A stretch of 64,000 nucleotides of DNA from an uncultured bacterium (lineage in GTDB: Bacteria > Fidelibacterota > Marinisomatia > Marinisomatales > UBA1611), in the NCBI GenBank assembly GCA_943788175.1, contig CALSPG010000006.1:64001-128000 (forward strand), in the 5' to 3' direction. The position numbers were made by a program, and so were the translations under genes. Below, piece by piece: positions 54,801-64,000 of the stretch. Each line of letters begins with the position of its first letter. Within the stretch, counting starts at the first letter, position 1. The notes below the pieces were generated by a model, which did not search any database, was not told the origin of the DNA, and worked only from the letters and a program-made list of their open reading frames with translations.

Positions 54801-55372
54801 ATTCTTTCAAGATCAAATCTAGTAGCATCAAATTTTCTTAATGTTGATTTTCTTTGCTTTCTATATTTATTTATCCCTGATGCCTCTTCAAACATTCGCC
54901 TTCTATCATCACCATTTTCAGAGAGTATTTGTTCAATCATTTTTAATTCTATTACGCTATAAGCATCAGAACCCATACCGGTATCAATGAAAAGATCGTT
55001 AATATCTTTGAGTCTACATGGTGTTTTATTTATCGTGTATTCACTCTCTCCATTTCGATATACTCTTCTTCCAATTTCTATGTCATTATATTCGATTGGA
55101 AGTTTTCCTTTATTATTGTGCACTGTAAGCGTGACGTCACAGACGCTTAAAGGTTTCATGTTTTCTGCGCCATTGAAAATAACATCTTCCATTTTACCAC
55201 CACGTAAAACTGAAGATTTTTGCTCTCCTAAGACCCACCTTATTGCATCAACGATATTTGTTTTACCGCAACCATTAGGTCCAACGACCGTGGTCACGCC
55301 TTGACTTAGCTTTAAAACTTCTTTTTTTGCAAAAGACTTAAAGCCGTGCATTTTTAATTCTGAGATATACAC
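51851..55372 (-). CDS. smc: Chromosome segregation protein SMC
   Basis: GFKSF, GPNGCGKTN, hinge, LLSSGEK, LDEVDAPLD; GTG start. Confidence 0.97.
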   Translation of the reverse strand: MYISELKMHGFKSFAKKEVLKLSQGVTTVVGPNGCGKTNIVDAIRWVLGEQKSSVLRGGKMEDVIFNGAENMKPLSVCDVTLTVHNNKGKLPIEYNDIEIGRRVYRNGESEYTINKTPCRLKDINDLFIDTGMGSDAYSVIELKMIEQILSENGDDRRRMFEEASGINKYRKQRKSTLRKFDATRFDLERINDVISEVEQKVHGLELQLKRFKRHENLSHQLREKDIELAFLKVDKYQNIMSPLEQEIKDYNHLKSSKTDKSSQYEEVLEKNRLIYKEQEDELNALQSKFLTLTENRQEVRQNILIWTEKGNSTSLSIERGKTDYKTNNQRLAILSKEDESFIEESEKLQNDLDLALSSYKNKKEELDKIEKKYHEELKYLDQVQNERWNHQKTIASNKSMYDRTKNLINDKTSNAAIISKKIFELKKESKQISSTIKSLEQKQLKIDNNYLEEKKELTEIQKKLQTLIDQQQEYIKNNNSLIVKIESLNDQARFYEELIESNEGFPEGTQYVLENPKVFPGVLGTVADMFQVEEEYRDALENGLGELSHCLITKNKKTGLSTLEKALENNAGDLTIIPLKEAIAYKVKLKSLPKSDNVIALASQLVKTDKKLSPLADYILGDLIVVSDLKHAANDKKLEGWRLVDLNGTYSGKNLVIKSRQVSEHGNLIGRRNKLEIISEQLAHSKSEEKKTITSQALIEKKIDSSRIELNKKQELIKNSESQLSQLDSSLMKNHLNQTQILESLGNLKNELAETEKVLNDSQLSLKKIEPGIQKAEKLVSSFQEKINKANQNVLDQGKSRDFQQQILQDARVEMVNIESKNDNIVYKSNSAKEQIKTIEKIQSEIIEEEKKMILLKKEYSQNIENGEKKLTETNAELQKQKSIIDLKQTVFRDTYDSIDKIQTKIKLEQKDRESILENLKLSEFKLNELKQKIEIVREQIKERYDTSIPKKLIVDHVEDELSYQVDKIQRSLDNIGPVNMAVQDEYNEDSERLSHLRRQRDDLVESEENLRETIQKIDRIARKKFQETFKLISKNYKKLFNLFFEGGYGALRLVGDPDPLEADIVIDAQPPGKRNTSLRLLSSGEKALTAISLLFSIYQVKPSPYCILDEVDAPLDDINIHKFTKVLKQFADETQFIVVTHNKLTMEIANHMYGVTQEKKGVSKLVSVSFD

Positions 55373-55451
55373 TATATACGATTATTAGATGGTCAATAAA
55401 TCTAGCAATTTTACTAGATATTTACACGAAGAGAATAAAATGAAATAAAAA

Positions 55452-56051
55452 TTACTTGTTCTGCAAAAACCGGTTAAATGATATATGAATTAATAAGCCA
55501 CTATAATCTTTCTTCTGGTCGGCTTCTTTTTTCAGTTTAATTATATCTGAACCTATATGCAACGCAACAGAACTTTGATTGTACCATCTGAATTCAACTC
55601 CTCCCCCGAAGAAAGCAATAGGAGACCACTGCGTTTCTGCTTTTCGCCATATTTTTTTGTAACTACCGTCACCTTCTATTCCATCGATGGAAAGGTTTAA
55701 CCCTCCTCTAATAGCAACAAAAGGAGAAAAGTTATTTGCAATTTCTCCTGCAAAAGGATGATAATTGAAGCCAACTAAAACCGGTATAAATAATAAATTT
55801 TGCCCGCTAATCGTTATATATTGATTTGTCCAATTATCATATACTATGCTTTCTGTTTCTCCTTTAATGTCGAAATATCTAACCTCACCAACAAAATCAA
55901 AATTTTTTTTATTATTCCCATGCAAATAATTAAAAAAAATTCCAGATCCTCTTGATCCGACATCTAATCCAGCACCAAATCTTGTATTTAACGAATTAGA
56001 AAAAACTATGTTAATTAATAGGATAAATATTATGAAAAACTTTACCATCAT
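55452..56051 (-). CDS. Hypothetical exported protein, probable small outer-membrane beta-barrel
   Basis: Signal peptide; Gly/aromatic strands such as FSPFVAIRGG and FFGGGVEFRW. Confidence 0.6.
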   Translation of the reverse strand: MMVKFFIIFILLINIVFSNSLNTRFGAGLDVGSRGSGIFFNYLHGNNKKNFDFVGEVRYFDIKGETESIVYDNWTNQYITISGQNLLFIPVLVGFNYHPFAGEIANNFSPFVAIRGGLNLSIDGIEGDGSYKKIWRKAETQWSPIAFFGGGVEFRWYNQSSVALHIGSDIIKLKKEADQKKDYSGLLIHISFNRFLQNK

Positions 56052-56381
56052 TTACCTAGTGTTAAGCTGGTCTTTTGTGGCTATCAATTCTGAGACAGGT
56101 TCGTTATTGATGATTGACTTTTTAAAAATCTTTTTAATATCCTTTTTTTTTACATCTAAGTACCAAAAGCCATTAGGGTATATTACCATTGCTGGGCCTT
56201 TTTCACAGACATCTAAACACCCAGATTTATTAGCTCTTACTTTTCCTTTTAGATTCGATTCATTAATCATTCTAACTAGATCTTTTCGCAAATCTAGACC
56301 ACCACAGGAACCACAACTTTTTCTTAAACTATTTTCATCGCGTTCATTTGTACAAATGAAGATATGTTTTTCAAATTTCAT
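56052..56381 (-). CDS. Thioredoxin-like [2Fe-2S] ferredoxin
   Basis: HIFICTN...SC...SGCLDVCEKGPAMVIYP. Confidence 0.92.
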   Translation of the reverse strand: MKFEKHIFICTNERDENSLRKSCGSCGGLDLRKDLVRMINESNLKGKVRANKSGCLDVCEKGPAMVIYPNGFWYLDVKKKDIKKIFKKSIINNEPVSELIATKDQLNTR

Positions 56382-56548
56382 ATATCTTCATATTCAGCAT
56401 CTTGGATATCCATTTTGCTAACCTTCCGTTTAAAATCTGCTTTAGTTGCTTCGTCTTTTATTTTTGATTTTACTTTAAACAAGGATAAAACAAAAAAACT
56501 AATTTTATATACCGAGTATCCAAGAAATATTAATAAGATTAGTTTCAT
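56378..56548 (-). CDS. Small membrane protein (56 aa), not in ORF track
   Basis: MKLILLIFLGYSVYKISFFVLSLFKVKSKIKDEATKADFKRKVSKMDIQDAEYEDI; starts 4 nt after the kinase stop; TGA overlaps ferredoxin ATG (ATGA). Confidence 0.75.
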   Translation of the reverse strand: MKLILLIFLGYSVYKISFFVLSLFKVKSKIKDEATKADFKRKVSKMDIQDAEYEDI

Positions 56549-56552
56549 TCAT

Positions 56553-57194
56553 TTAAAATTCTGTTACTGGATTGAAAAATTTAGTTCCTGATACTGGCTG
56601 TCTTATATAATCAATAACTTCTTTTAAATCATTTTCATTTTCTACAAAATCTATATTATTCGTATTTATAATGACAAGAGGCGTGTCCTGATAACGAAAA
56701 AAATATTCTGTATACACCTGATTTAAAGCATCTATATATTCCCAGGTAACGTTTTTTTCCATATTTCGACCACGCTTTTCAATATTCTTCATTAAAACAT
56801 CCGTATCTGCTTGAAGATAAATAACAATATCAGGTTTAATAATATTTCTTTCAAGAAGACTAGCAACTGTGTCATATAGCTGCATTTCTTTATCTCCTAA
56901 GTTTAAAGAAGCGAATAAACGATCTTTAACAAACATATAATCTGTAATTAATAATTTTTGAAACATATCGACTTGTCTTAAATCTTGTTGTTGACGATAC
57001 CTTTGTAAAAGAAAGAACAACTGAGTTTGGAAACCAAACCTTTCAGGATCGTTATAAAAATCTGGAAGAAAAGGATTGTCTTCGAAATCTTCAAGAACAA
57101 GTCTCGCTCCTAACTCTTTAGATAATAGCTGGGCCAAGCTTGTTTTACCAACCCCAATCGGGCCTTCAATTGCTATATAATATAAATTTCTCAT
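56553..57194 (-). CDS. Deoxynucleoside kinase
   Basis: IEGPIGVGKTS, NPFLPDFY, QLFFLLQR, PDIVIYL. Confidence 0.93.
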   Translation of the reverse strand: MRNLYYIAIEGPIGVGKTSLAQLLSKELGARLVLEDFEDNPFLPDFYNDPERFGFQTQLFFLLQRYRQQQDLRQVDMFQKLLITDYMFVKDRLFASLNLGDKEMQLYDTVASLLERNIIKPDIVIYLQADTDVLMKNIEKRGRNMEKNVTWEYIDALNQVYTEYFFRYQDTPLVIINTNNIDFVENENDLKEVIDYIRQPVSGTKFFNPVTEF

Positions 57195-57703
57195 GCTTTA
57201 TTTCCCAATTCATACATTTTAACGAGAGACGTATCCGCGCATCTTATAAGAAGCTCATTAACTGTCAAATTAACATATGGTATTTTAAAATCAGGAGCAA
57301 TCTCATCAAATGGAATTAATACAAATTTTCTATTAATTAGACCTGGATGTGGTATAGCTAATTCCTTTGTTTCTATAACCGATGAACCATGAACTAATAT
57401 ATCTATATCAATTGTTCTGGGCATGTTACGTTTCAACGTTTTTCGCCTACCTAGCATATTTTCAATACTTTTAATGAAATCTAATAATTGAAACGGATTT
57501 AGATCTGAATCCAGTCCTACCACCGTATTAATAAAATATTCTTGATTTAGATTATATAACGGTTCTGTTAAATAAAAAGAGGCGCTAGTTAAATTATAAT
57601 TCTCTCTTGGTACCTCAATAGCTGAAATTGCTTGAGCAATATTAGATTCCCTATCTCCAATATTTGAACCAATAGATAAATATACTTTATTTCCAACTTT
57701 CAT
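57191..57703 (-). CDS. folK: 6-hydroxymethyl-7,8-dihydropterin pyrophosphokinase
   Basis: LSIGSNIG, PRTIDIDIL, IPHP, RKFVL. Confidence 0.95.
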   Translation of the reverse strand: MKVGNKVYLSIGSNIGDRESNIAQAISAIEVPRENYNLTSASFYLTEPLYNLNQEYFINTVVGLDSDLNPFQLLDFIKSIENMLGRRKTLKRNMPRTIDIDILVHGSSVIETKELAIPHPGLINRKFVLIPFDEIAPDFKIPYVNLTVNELLIRCADTSLVKMYELGNKA

Positions 57704-58056
57704 TTAAATCTCTGTAGTTCCACCTCAACATTTTTAAAATCAGCTTCTATAGGAGCATGAGGTTTCCTTACCCGTATGACAATTTTATCTAAATCAAACT
57801 CTGCCAACAACCTATCGCAGACAGAATTAGCGACAGCTTCTACTAATGAAAAACGTTTTTTAGTAAACTCCTCAATTGTGCAAGAAATTATTTCTTGATA
57901 ATCAATAGTATCACTCAGCGCATCTGTGTGTCCAGGTTTTTCTAAGTTACAGTGCAAAACTAAATCTATTTCAAAAGTACCATCCTTAGATTTCTCAAAA
58001 GCATAAACTCCATGTCTAGCTATTATTTTTAAGTTATTAATTCTTATTGTATCCAT
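57700..58056 (-). CDS. folB: Dihydroneopterin aldolase
   Basis: HGVYAFE, DTIDY, LVE, RKPHAP. Confidence 0.93.
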   Translation of the reverse strand: MDTIRINNLKIIARHGVYAFEKSKDGTFEIDLVLHCNLEKPGHTDALSDTIDYQEIISCTIEEFTKKRFSLVEAVANSVCDRLLAEFDLDKIVIRVRKPHAPIEADFKNVEVELQRFK

Positions 58057-58062
58057 TACACT

Positions 58063-60015
58063 CTATTTTAGATAAATAACCTTTTGGGTGTTAACATAAT
58101 TATCCGATGATAATTGAATAAAATAAACACCTGCAGGTTTTCCTTTTGCATTCCAAGATTCGTTATGAAAACCTGATTGAAACATCTTCTTCGTTAGCGA
58201 TTCTACTAGGCCACCATTAATATTAAAGACATCGATACTAACATTATGATTACCAAGCCTTGGATGAACATAAAAACTCAGTTTTAAATTTGAATTAAAT
58301 GGATTTGGGTATGCAAGTTGAACATCTATATTTTTAGGCATAAGATGATCAATCCCATTCGTAGTATAAGACACTTCTTTTAATATCCAGTTGTTTGGGT
58401 CTAAAGTCACGTTTTCCACAAAAAAATTGAGTCCAGATATTTCATACAAATGGTTCAAGCTATTATTTTCAACAACTATTGTTGTATCAATTAATAATGG
58501 TCCAATACTTCCAGAAAAATTAAGGTCTATTGGCATGGAAAAAAGCCCGCTAGATTGAATTTGGTCAATTTTTACTTTATAAGTTTCATTGCCATCATGC
58601 CACCAAGACATTTCATACTTAGGATAACCTTCTTCATATATCCATTGTTGAAAAAACAATTCTAAATTTTGACCTGAAATATCTTCACTGATTTTTTGAA
58701 AATCAGCCGTTGAAGCTGCATTATAGGCGAGTGTATCATTAGACGCATAACTTTTTAAAATTTCAAAAAATGTATCATCCCCCACTTTGTGCCTCAACAT
58801 ATGTAGTACCCATGATGCTTTATTATAAGATAAATTAGAATTAAAAATCTGAGAATTTGAAGATGGGTTTTCAACATATATTGTCCCATCTCCATAATAG
58901 GCATAGTCATTCATAAAACTAGCATATGCTTCTTCACCATTTATGTGTTCGAACCACAGTGCTTGACAATATCTTGCAAAGCCTTCATTAAGCCAAATAT
59001 CATTAAACGTTTTGCAGGTAATGAGATTTCCCCACCAACTGTGACCTAACTCATGAACAATAAGATTTTGAGATGAAGAACCCATACTTGAAAGAGTTTG
59101 ATGCTCCATTCCCCCACCCCATTTAAAATCTGCATGCCCATATTTTTCTGATATAAAGGGATATTCACCAAACAAGTCAGAGAAAAACCTAATCATTTCG
59201 CCTGTTAATGAATAATTGGAAAATGAAGACTCGTACCGGTCAGGAAAAACATAATGTTCTATTGCCATTGTATCATTAGAAATAGAAGAAATATATTGTT
59301 CACTCCAAATTGTGTATGGATATATTGCCAATGAGACAAGGTACGTAGTAATGGGATATTTCTCTTTCCAAAAAAATGTATTTTTATCCCCATCACTTAT
59401 AATATTATCAAGCAAGCCATTTGAAGCAACAATAAAATTTGGATTTGCAGGAACTGTAACTCTAATATATACAGAATCTGCTTTATCACTAGGGTCATCC
59501 TTACTAGGCCACCAGCTTCTTGCACAATAAGCCTCTGACAATGTCCAAACGTGATCGACGCCTAAGTGTTCATCAAATTTAAAACCACCGGCCCCGCAGT
59601 CTTGAGGGGAGCCTTGATATTTGATAAGTATTGAAAAATAATTATCATCTTGAATAATGATATTATTAATCGGGATTTTTATCTTATTCTGCTCATGCAA
59701 AAAAGACACTTGCCCATTATTTTGCAAAATCGAATTAACTGTCATATTGTTGTAAAAATCTAATTCAATATATTCAGGAAGGTTATTATCTACAAAACCA
59801 TTTACACCTACGGAACCATTAATAGTGTTTGATTCAAAATTTATGTCTATTGAAATATCGTAAAATGAAATATTAATTTTACTTTGGTCCAGTGATAATG
59901 TTGAGCTGTTAGATATCCACCTCTCTACTGACTTTCCACGAGAACATAAATGTTTTGGCTCTTTTTCAGCACCACCTAGAGATAACAAAACAAGAAGAAA
60001 AATTGTTGGTTTCAT
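58063..60015 (-). CDS. Secreted M1 aminopeptidase with T9SS-type C-terminal sorting domain
   Basis: GGMEH, HELGHSWWG...WLNEG, YNKAS; tail YPNPFN...AGVYFIQL...QKVIYLK. Confidence 0.9.
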   Translation of the reverse strand: MKPTIFLLVLLSLGGAEKEPKHLCSRGKSVERWISNSSTLSLDQSKINISFYDISIDINFESNTINGSVGVNGFVDNNLPEYIELDFYNNMTVNSILQNNGQVSFLHEQNKIKIPINNIIIQDDNYFSILIKYQGSPQDCGAGGFKFDEHLGVDHVWTLSEAYCARSWWPSKDDPSDKADSVYIRVTVPANPNFIVASNGLLDNIISDGDKNTFFWKEKYPITTYLVSLAIYPYTIWSEQYISSISNDTMAIEHYVFPDRYESSFSNYSLTGEMIRFFSDLFGEYPFISEKYGHADFKWGGGMEHQTLSSMGSSSQNLIVHELGHSWWGNLITCKTFNDIWLNEGFARYCQALWFEHINGEEAYASFMNDYAYYGDGTIYVENPSSNSQIFNSNLSYNKASWVLHMLRHKVGDDTFFEILKSYASNDTLAYNAASTADFQKISEDISGQNLELFFQQWIYEEGYPKYEMSWWHDGNETYKVKIDQIQSSGLFSMPIDLNFSGSIGPLLIDTTIVVENNSLNHLYEISGLNFFVENVTLDPNNWILKEVSYTTNGIDHLMPKNIDVQLAYPNPFNSNLKLSFYVHPRLGNHNVSIDVFNINGGLVESLTKKMFQSGFHNESWNAKGKPAGVYFIQLSSDNYVNTQKVIYLK

Positions 60016-60018
60016 TTC

Positions 60019-60210
60019 TTAAAAGAAGGAACTGAAATGCTTGTAACCTAGCCAAGGAATTATAAGGTATAAGATAGAATCTCTAACAAGGTAAAATAAA
60101 AAAAAAGCTGCTAAGACACTCCACCCTTTTTCTTTCAATAATCCTTTTATACCGCCTTTTTTAAAAGATTCAATCCAAGATTGCAGGAACTTAGGCTTCA
60201 AGAATGACAC
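60019..60210 (-). CDS. Small hypothetical membrane protein
   Basis: 63 aa, FFLFYLVRDSILYLIIP; GTG start overlaps upstream TAG. Confidence 0.7.
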   Translation of the reverse strand: MSFLKPKFLQSWIESFKKGGIKGLLKEKGWSVLAAFFLFYLVRDSILYLIIPWLGYKHFSSFF

Positions 60211-60659
60211 TAGTCATCCTTAGGCTTAATTTTTCTAAATTGAAGATCTTCATATTTTTCTAACAATGTACTGCCAGCTGCTTGTTGGAATCTAAATGCA
60301 AATTCTAATGATTCGTAAAAAGGTCTATTAGCATATTCTCCATGTGAATAAAACTCATCTACCCACTTTACCATTTGATATATATCAACCTGATTTAAAT
60401 AATCGAAAATTCCATAAACTAATTCAGCTCTATTATCATAATACCATTCGGTAATTCCACCATATCCAATGTCCTTTTTTAATTCAGTATGTGTCTCATA
60501 TACTTGTACCAGATATGAAAATAAGAAAGTTTCTTTTTCTTCAATTGATAATGTTTTCCAGTATGTAACTACAGGCGAGAGAGCCACGTCATTTTTAAGA
60601 CTTTGCCCAATACCTAGAGAAAAAATGCAAAGTATTAGAAAATATTTTTTCATGACCAC
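60210..60659 (-). CDS. Hypothetical exported protein
   Basis: Signal peptide MKKYFLILCIFSLGIG; GAGGTGG RBS suggests start at ATG 60653. Confidence 0.72.
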   Translation of the reverse strand: MVMKKYFLILCIFSLGIGQSLKNDVALSPVVTYWKTLSIEEKETFLFSYLVQVYETHTELKKDIGYGGITEWYYDNRAELVYGIFDYLNQVDIYQMVKWVDEFYSHGEYANRPFYESLEFAFRFQQAAGSTLLEKYEDLQFRKIKPKDD

Positions 60660-60725
60660 CTCTTATAATTAAAACGTATTTATTCTATACCCAATTATAC
60701 AATATAGATAAAATCAGGAACAATA

Positions 60726-62654
60726 CTAATCCTCAGATGGCTCAACCCAATCACCATTATCTTTTATTAGACTAATTAATGCATCAACTGCTTTTTCTGA
60801 GGGAATATTTTTTCTTACAACGCTTTGTCCTTTATAAAGCGAAATATTTCCTACACCTGTTCCAACATAGCCATAATCAGCATCCGCCATTTCACCAGGG
60901 CCATTTACGATACAACCCATTATTCCTATCTTTACACCTTTTAGATGATCAGTTACTGAACGAATTGCATTTGTTGTAGATTGTAAATCAAATAAAGTAC
61001 GTCCACAAGAAGGACAAGAAATATATTCTGTTTTGGATATTCTTAACCTTGAAGCTTGTAAAATGCCAAAAGAGGTCTGGTTTGATAAACTTCTATCAGA
61101 CAGATAATTAATATTCATACCATCAACTAATCCATCTATCATCAATGAACCTATATCTATTGCACTACTTAATTGGAATTCTGAATTTGATTTGGAGGCA
61201 TAATTTTTCCAAACAATTACGGGACTGGCAATACTTTGATTAATCATATCTATAATAAAATTGCGTTGTGACTTTAAACTATGCTTTTGATTGTGGCCAA
61301 TTACAAGCGCAATAGTACTGTCACTTGCCAGTAATGATTTCAGCTCACTAGAAAACGTTTTTTCTTTAATGCTTAAAAAATTTAATATTTTAGACTTTTT
61401 TGTTGCGTTTTTATAGTTTTCAATATCATAGAAAGGAAACACCCCCGTACTTTCATCCCATACGGAGTGATGTTGAATACCTGATAAAAGCCCAGGTAAC
61501 TCAAAATTGATTTTATTTTTCCCAATAAAAAAATAATCAGCTGCTTGGTCTGATATATGCCATTTATCTTTATCTGGAGAATATAGATACCCTAAAGGAG
61601 CTAAAGATTCTGGCGTAATTTCATCAAACCCAGATAAGTCACAAAATACTCTAGGAACATTATCACCGCCAATGTGGTGAACCTGTGATGTTATCCTCCT
61701 TGAATGAAAATAAGGGTTATATGGAATTTCAGTTTTTAGGTTTGGAGGTATTGAGCTTTCTAAATCGTCATATCTTTGAGCTAAAAATTTAGCAACCGGT
61801 ATTTCAGCCTCAGGATCTTCAGTAAGTGAAACTCTAATGGTATCTCCAATACCATCTTCTAATAATGCCCCTATTCCAACTGCTGATTTAATTCGACCAT
61901 CTTCTCCATCGCCAGCCTCAGTTACGCCTAAATGTAACGGGTAACACATATTCTCTTTCGCCATTTTATTAATCAGCAACCGATAGGCCTGGACCATGAC
62001 TTGAGTATTACTAGCTTTCATACTTAGTATAATATCATTATAGTTCCAATACTCACATATTCGTAAAAACTCCATCGCTGATTCAACCATTCCTAATGGC
62101 GTATCACCATATTTGCTTAATATTCTATCTGAAAGAGAGCCATGATTAGTACCTATGCGCATTGCTGTACCATTATTTTTACATATCTTAACTAAAGGTG
62201 AAAATCTTTCAGATATTCTAATTAATTCATCTTCATAACTTTGATTTGAATATTCAATTACTTCAAACTTTTTTCTATCGGCAAAATTTCCAGGGTTTAT
62301 TCGAACTTTTTCTACAATTCCAGCAGCAACTTCAGCCGCATTTGGCGTAAAATGTATATCAGCAATTAATGGAACTCTAAAGCCTTTGGCCTTTAATGAT
62401 TTTTTAATTAATTCCAAGTTTTTTGCTTCTTTAATACTCGGCGCTGTAATTCGAACTAACTCACATCCTGCCTTAATCATTCGAATGGATTGTTCAACAG
62501 TTCCTTCAGTATCCATCGTATCAGTGGTGGTCATGGACTGAACTCTAATAGGATTATTTGCACCAATAGATACGTCTCCAACCATCACCTCTCTTGTTGG
62601 AAACCGACTGTATCCTTTAAAATCCATGCAATATTCTTGTAAATCTAATTTCAT
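60726..62654 (-). CDS. ispG: 4-hydroxy-3-methylbut-2-en-1-yl diphosphate synthase, long form
   Basis: VQSMTTT, ADIHF, RINPGN, HLGVTEAG, ISCPSCGR, IMGCIVNGPGE; large central insert. Confidence 0.96.
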   Translation of the reverse strand: MKLDLQEYCMDFKGYSRFPTREVMVGDVSIGANNPIRVQSMTTTDTMDTEGTVEQSIRMIKAGCELVRITAPSIKEAKNLELIKKSLKAKGFRVPLIADIHFTPNAAEVAAGIVEKVRINPGNFADRKKFEVIEYSNQSYEDELIRISERFSPLVKICKNNGTAMRIGTNHGSLSDRILSKYGDTPLGMVESAMEFLRICEYWNYNDIILSMKASNTQVMVQAYRLLINKMAKENMCYPLHLGVTEAGDGEDGRIKSAVGIGALLEDGIGDTIRVSLTEDPEAEIPVAKFLAQRYDDLESSIPPNLKTEIPYNPYFHSRRITSQVHHIGGDNVPRVFCDLSGFDEITPESLAPLGYLYSPDKDKWHISDQAADYFFIGKNKINFELPGLLSGIQHHSVWDESTGVFPFYDIENYKNATKKSKILNFLSIKEKTFSSELKSLLASDSTIALVIGHNQKHSLKSQRNFIIDMINQSIASPVIVWKNYASKSNSEFQLSSAIDIGSLMIDGLVDGMNINYLSDRSLSNQTSFGILQASRLRISKTEYISCPSCGRTLFDLQSTTNAIRSVTDHLKGVKIGIMGCIVNGPGEMADADYGYVGTGVGNISLYKGQSVVRKNIPSEKAVDALISLIKDNGDWVEPSED

Positions 62655-63775
62655 TTAATAATGTTGCTATATGGTTTTTCTAAATATTCTTTTGCTTGTC
62701 TAGATGAATGAGAAAGGTTATCAAGTTTTGTACATAATTTATAATATTTAACTGACTTACTCCTCTGACCTTGTGAATCATACAACTTACCTTTGAGCAA
62801 ATATAGATTTCCTAAAACGATATCAAGCTCTCCTGAATAATCTTTTATTGCTAAGTCTGCTAAAACCATTGCTTTATCGTAATCATTTTCAAGAAATGAA
62901 ATCAACGCTTTTTGATAATCAAAATATGGCTTATACCATTCTTTTTGTCGATCAGACAAAAATGTGTATCTAGTATCTAAATTCTTAATCAAATTATTTG
63001 CATTATTAAAACTATTGGTCCTTGTTAAAGATTCTAGATATAGTATACTGAAATAAAAATTATTTGGAAATTCTTCTGATAGTTTTTTAGTAATTGGGAC
63101 TGCGTCTTCAGGCTTATTTTCAATCCAAAGATAGATAAAAGATAAGATACCAGAAGCTTCTATCCATGCCCAATCACTATTGATTGCTGCATCTTCGATT
63201 TTATAAATACCTTCTTTTTTTGAAGTGTCAAGACCGTATAGTTTTACCAACCATCGTAAAAAAACATTACTGACACTTGCATAATAGCCAATGATTCCGA
63301 TTGGCAATTGGGCATCTATTAAGTCTGGTCTATTTTTCGAAACATCCTCAATAATTAAAAAACCTTGATAAGCTTGGTTAAGCACAGATAGCCAGTCTTT
63401 TTTTCCAAGACTTACTCTCGCTCTCATCCCAAGCGTTGAACCCAAATAGAGTTTATACTCCGCATTTTGTGGGTTTTCGCTTACTAATTTTTGATAAATG
63501 GGTTGAATTTCATCTAATGCAGATTCCAAAGTATCATAAGTAGCATCAATGGGGTCTACACCTTGACTAATGTAATACTTTGAAGAAGCCCATATAAAAT
63601 GAACGCCAGGGTGATTTGGATAATCAATTCTAGCTTTCCCCAAGATTTTTATAGAACTTTCAAAATCATAATTATAAAAAGCTGTGACTCCATTCATTAT
63701 TGTAGAATCGGCTTTAGTATTTAAAGCAAAGTTAAAGCTAGAAGCGAAAATAAAAGTTATTAATAGTTTTACCAT
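62651..63775 (-). CDS. Exported TPR-like helical repeat protein
   Basis: Signal peptide; TPR-like patterns such as LYLLKGKLYDSQGQRSKSVKYY. Confidence 0.75.
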   Translation of the reverse strand: MVKLLITFIFASSFNFALNTKADSTIMNGVTAFYNYDFESSIKILGKARIDYPNHPGVHFIWASSKYYISQGVDPIDATYDTLESALDEIQPIYQKLVSENPQNAEYKLYLGSTLGMRARVSLGKKDWLSVLNQAYQGFLIIEDVSKNRPDLIDAQLPIGIIGYYASVSNVFLRWLVKLYGLDTSKKEGIYKIEDAAINSDWAWIEASGILSFIYLWIENKPEDAVPITKKLSEEFPNNFYFSILYLESLTRTNSFNNANNLIKNLDTRYTFLSDRQKEWYKPYFDYQKALISFLENDYDKAMVLADLAIKDYSGELDIVLGNLYLLKGKLYDSQGQRSKSVKYYKLCTKLDNLSHSSRQAKEYLEKPYSNIIK

Positions 63776-63806
63776 TTCTGAAAAGAATGGTTAATATCAT
63801 TTTAGA

Positions 63807-64000
63807 CTATGATTCTTGGTCTGATAAAATCAACCAACCTTGGGATTCATTATTATCAGGCTTTATAATCATACTTTTTTGCCAAGAACTTTTGGCAAGA
63901 ACTTTTTCATCCATATTCCAATATGTTAGTCCTAATCCTAGGTATGCTTCAGCACTACTTGGATCTAATTCAATAACCTCTTGGTATGCAGCTAAAGATT
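63807..64000 (-). CDS. TPR protein, C-terminal part (start outside window)
   Basis: Hand translation SLAAYQEVIELDPSSAEAYLGLGLTYWNMDEKVLAKSSWQKSMIIKPDNNESQGWLILSDQES-TAG. Confidence 0.8.
   Translation of the reverse strand, partial: SLAAYQEVIELDPSSAEAYLGLGLTYWNMDEKVLAKSSWQKSMIIKPDNNESQGWLILSDQES

Noticed and set aside
63881-63906. Near-tandem GCCAAGAACTTTT / GGCAAGAACTTTT
   Set aside because: Two 13-nt units inside a TPR coding frame; no spacers, not CRISPR-like.

Overview
AT-rich, gene-dense bacterial chromosome segment, mostly on the minus strand. Gene content points to an FCB-group marine bacterium, probably Marinimicrobia-like (inference from T9SS-type sorting tails, a FISUMP lipoprotein, a DUF6029-like barrel and long-form IspG). 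Most of it is housekeeping: murQ, prmA, gltX-glnS, tyrS, smpB, pepA, acs, alr, polA, groES-groEL, dut, smc, folB-folK, ispG, transporters, peptidases and three tRNAs (Arg-ACG, Ser-TGA, Ser-GGA). No CRISPR, integrase, transposase or rRNA was seen. The main hidden feature is at 7052-8536 (-), where two ORFs in the track are one frame interrupted by a single TGA in a W-U-P-S-C thioredoxin motif and followed by a SECIS-like hairpin. This predicts a 494-aa secreted selenoprotein (signal peptide, UxxC thioredoxin fold, TSP3-like repeat, dockerin-like module, T9SS-type tail). It lies downstream of a TlpA-type WCKPC reductase and an outer-membrane barrel with a C-terminal Cys pair, suggesting a trans-envelope thiol/selenol redox relay. 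Other oddities: a GTDC1/DUF3524 glycosyltransferase beside smpB-tyrS, an apicomplexan-like dUTPase, an NTT-HEAT-cNMP fusion with a possible internal start, a probable ATA start on namZ, a frameshifted outer-membrane gene, a DUF4295/bL38-like protein and two small ORFs the track missed. Family names come from motif recognition and recall, not from database searches.
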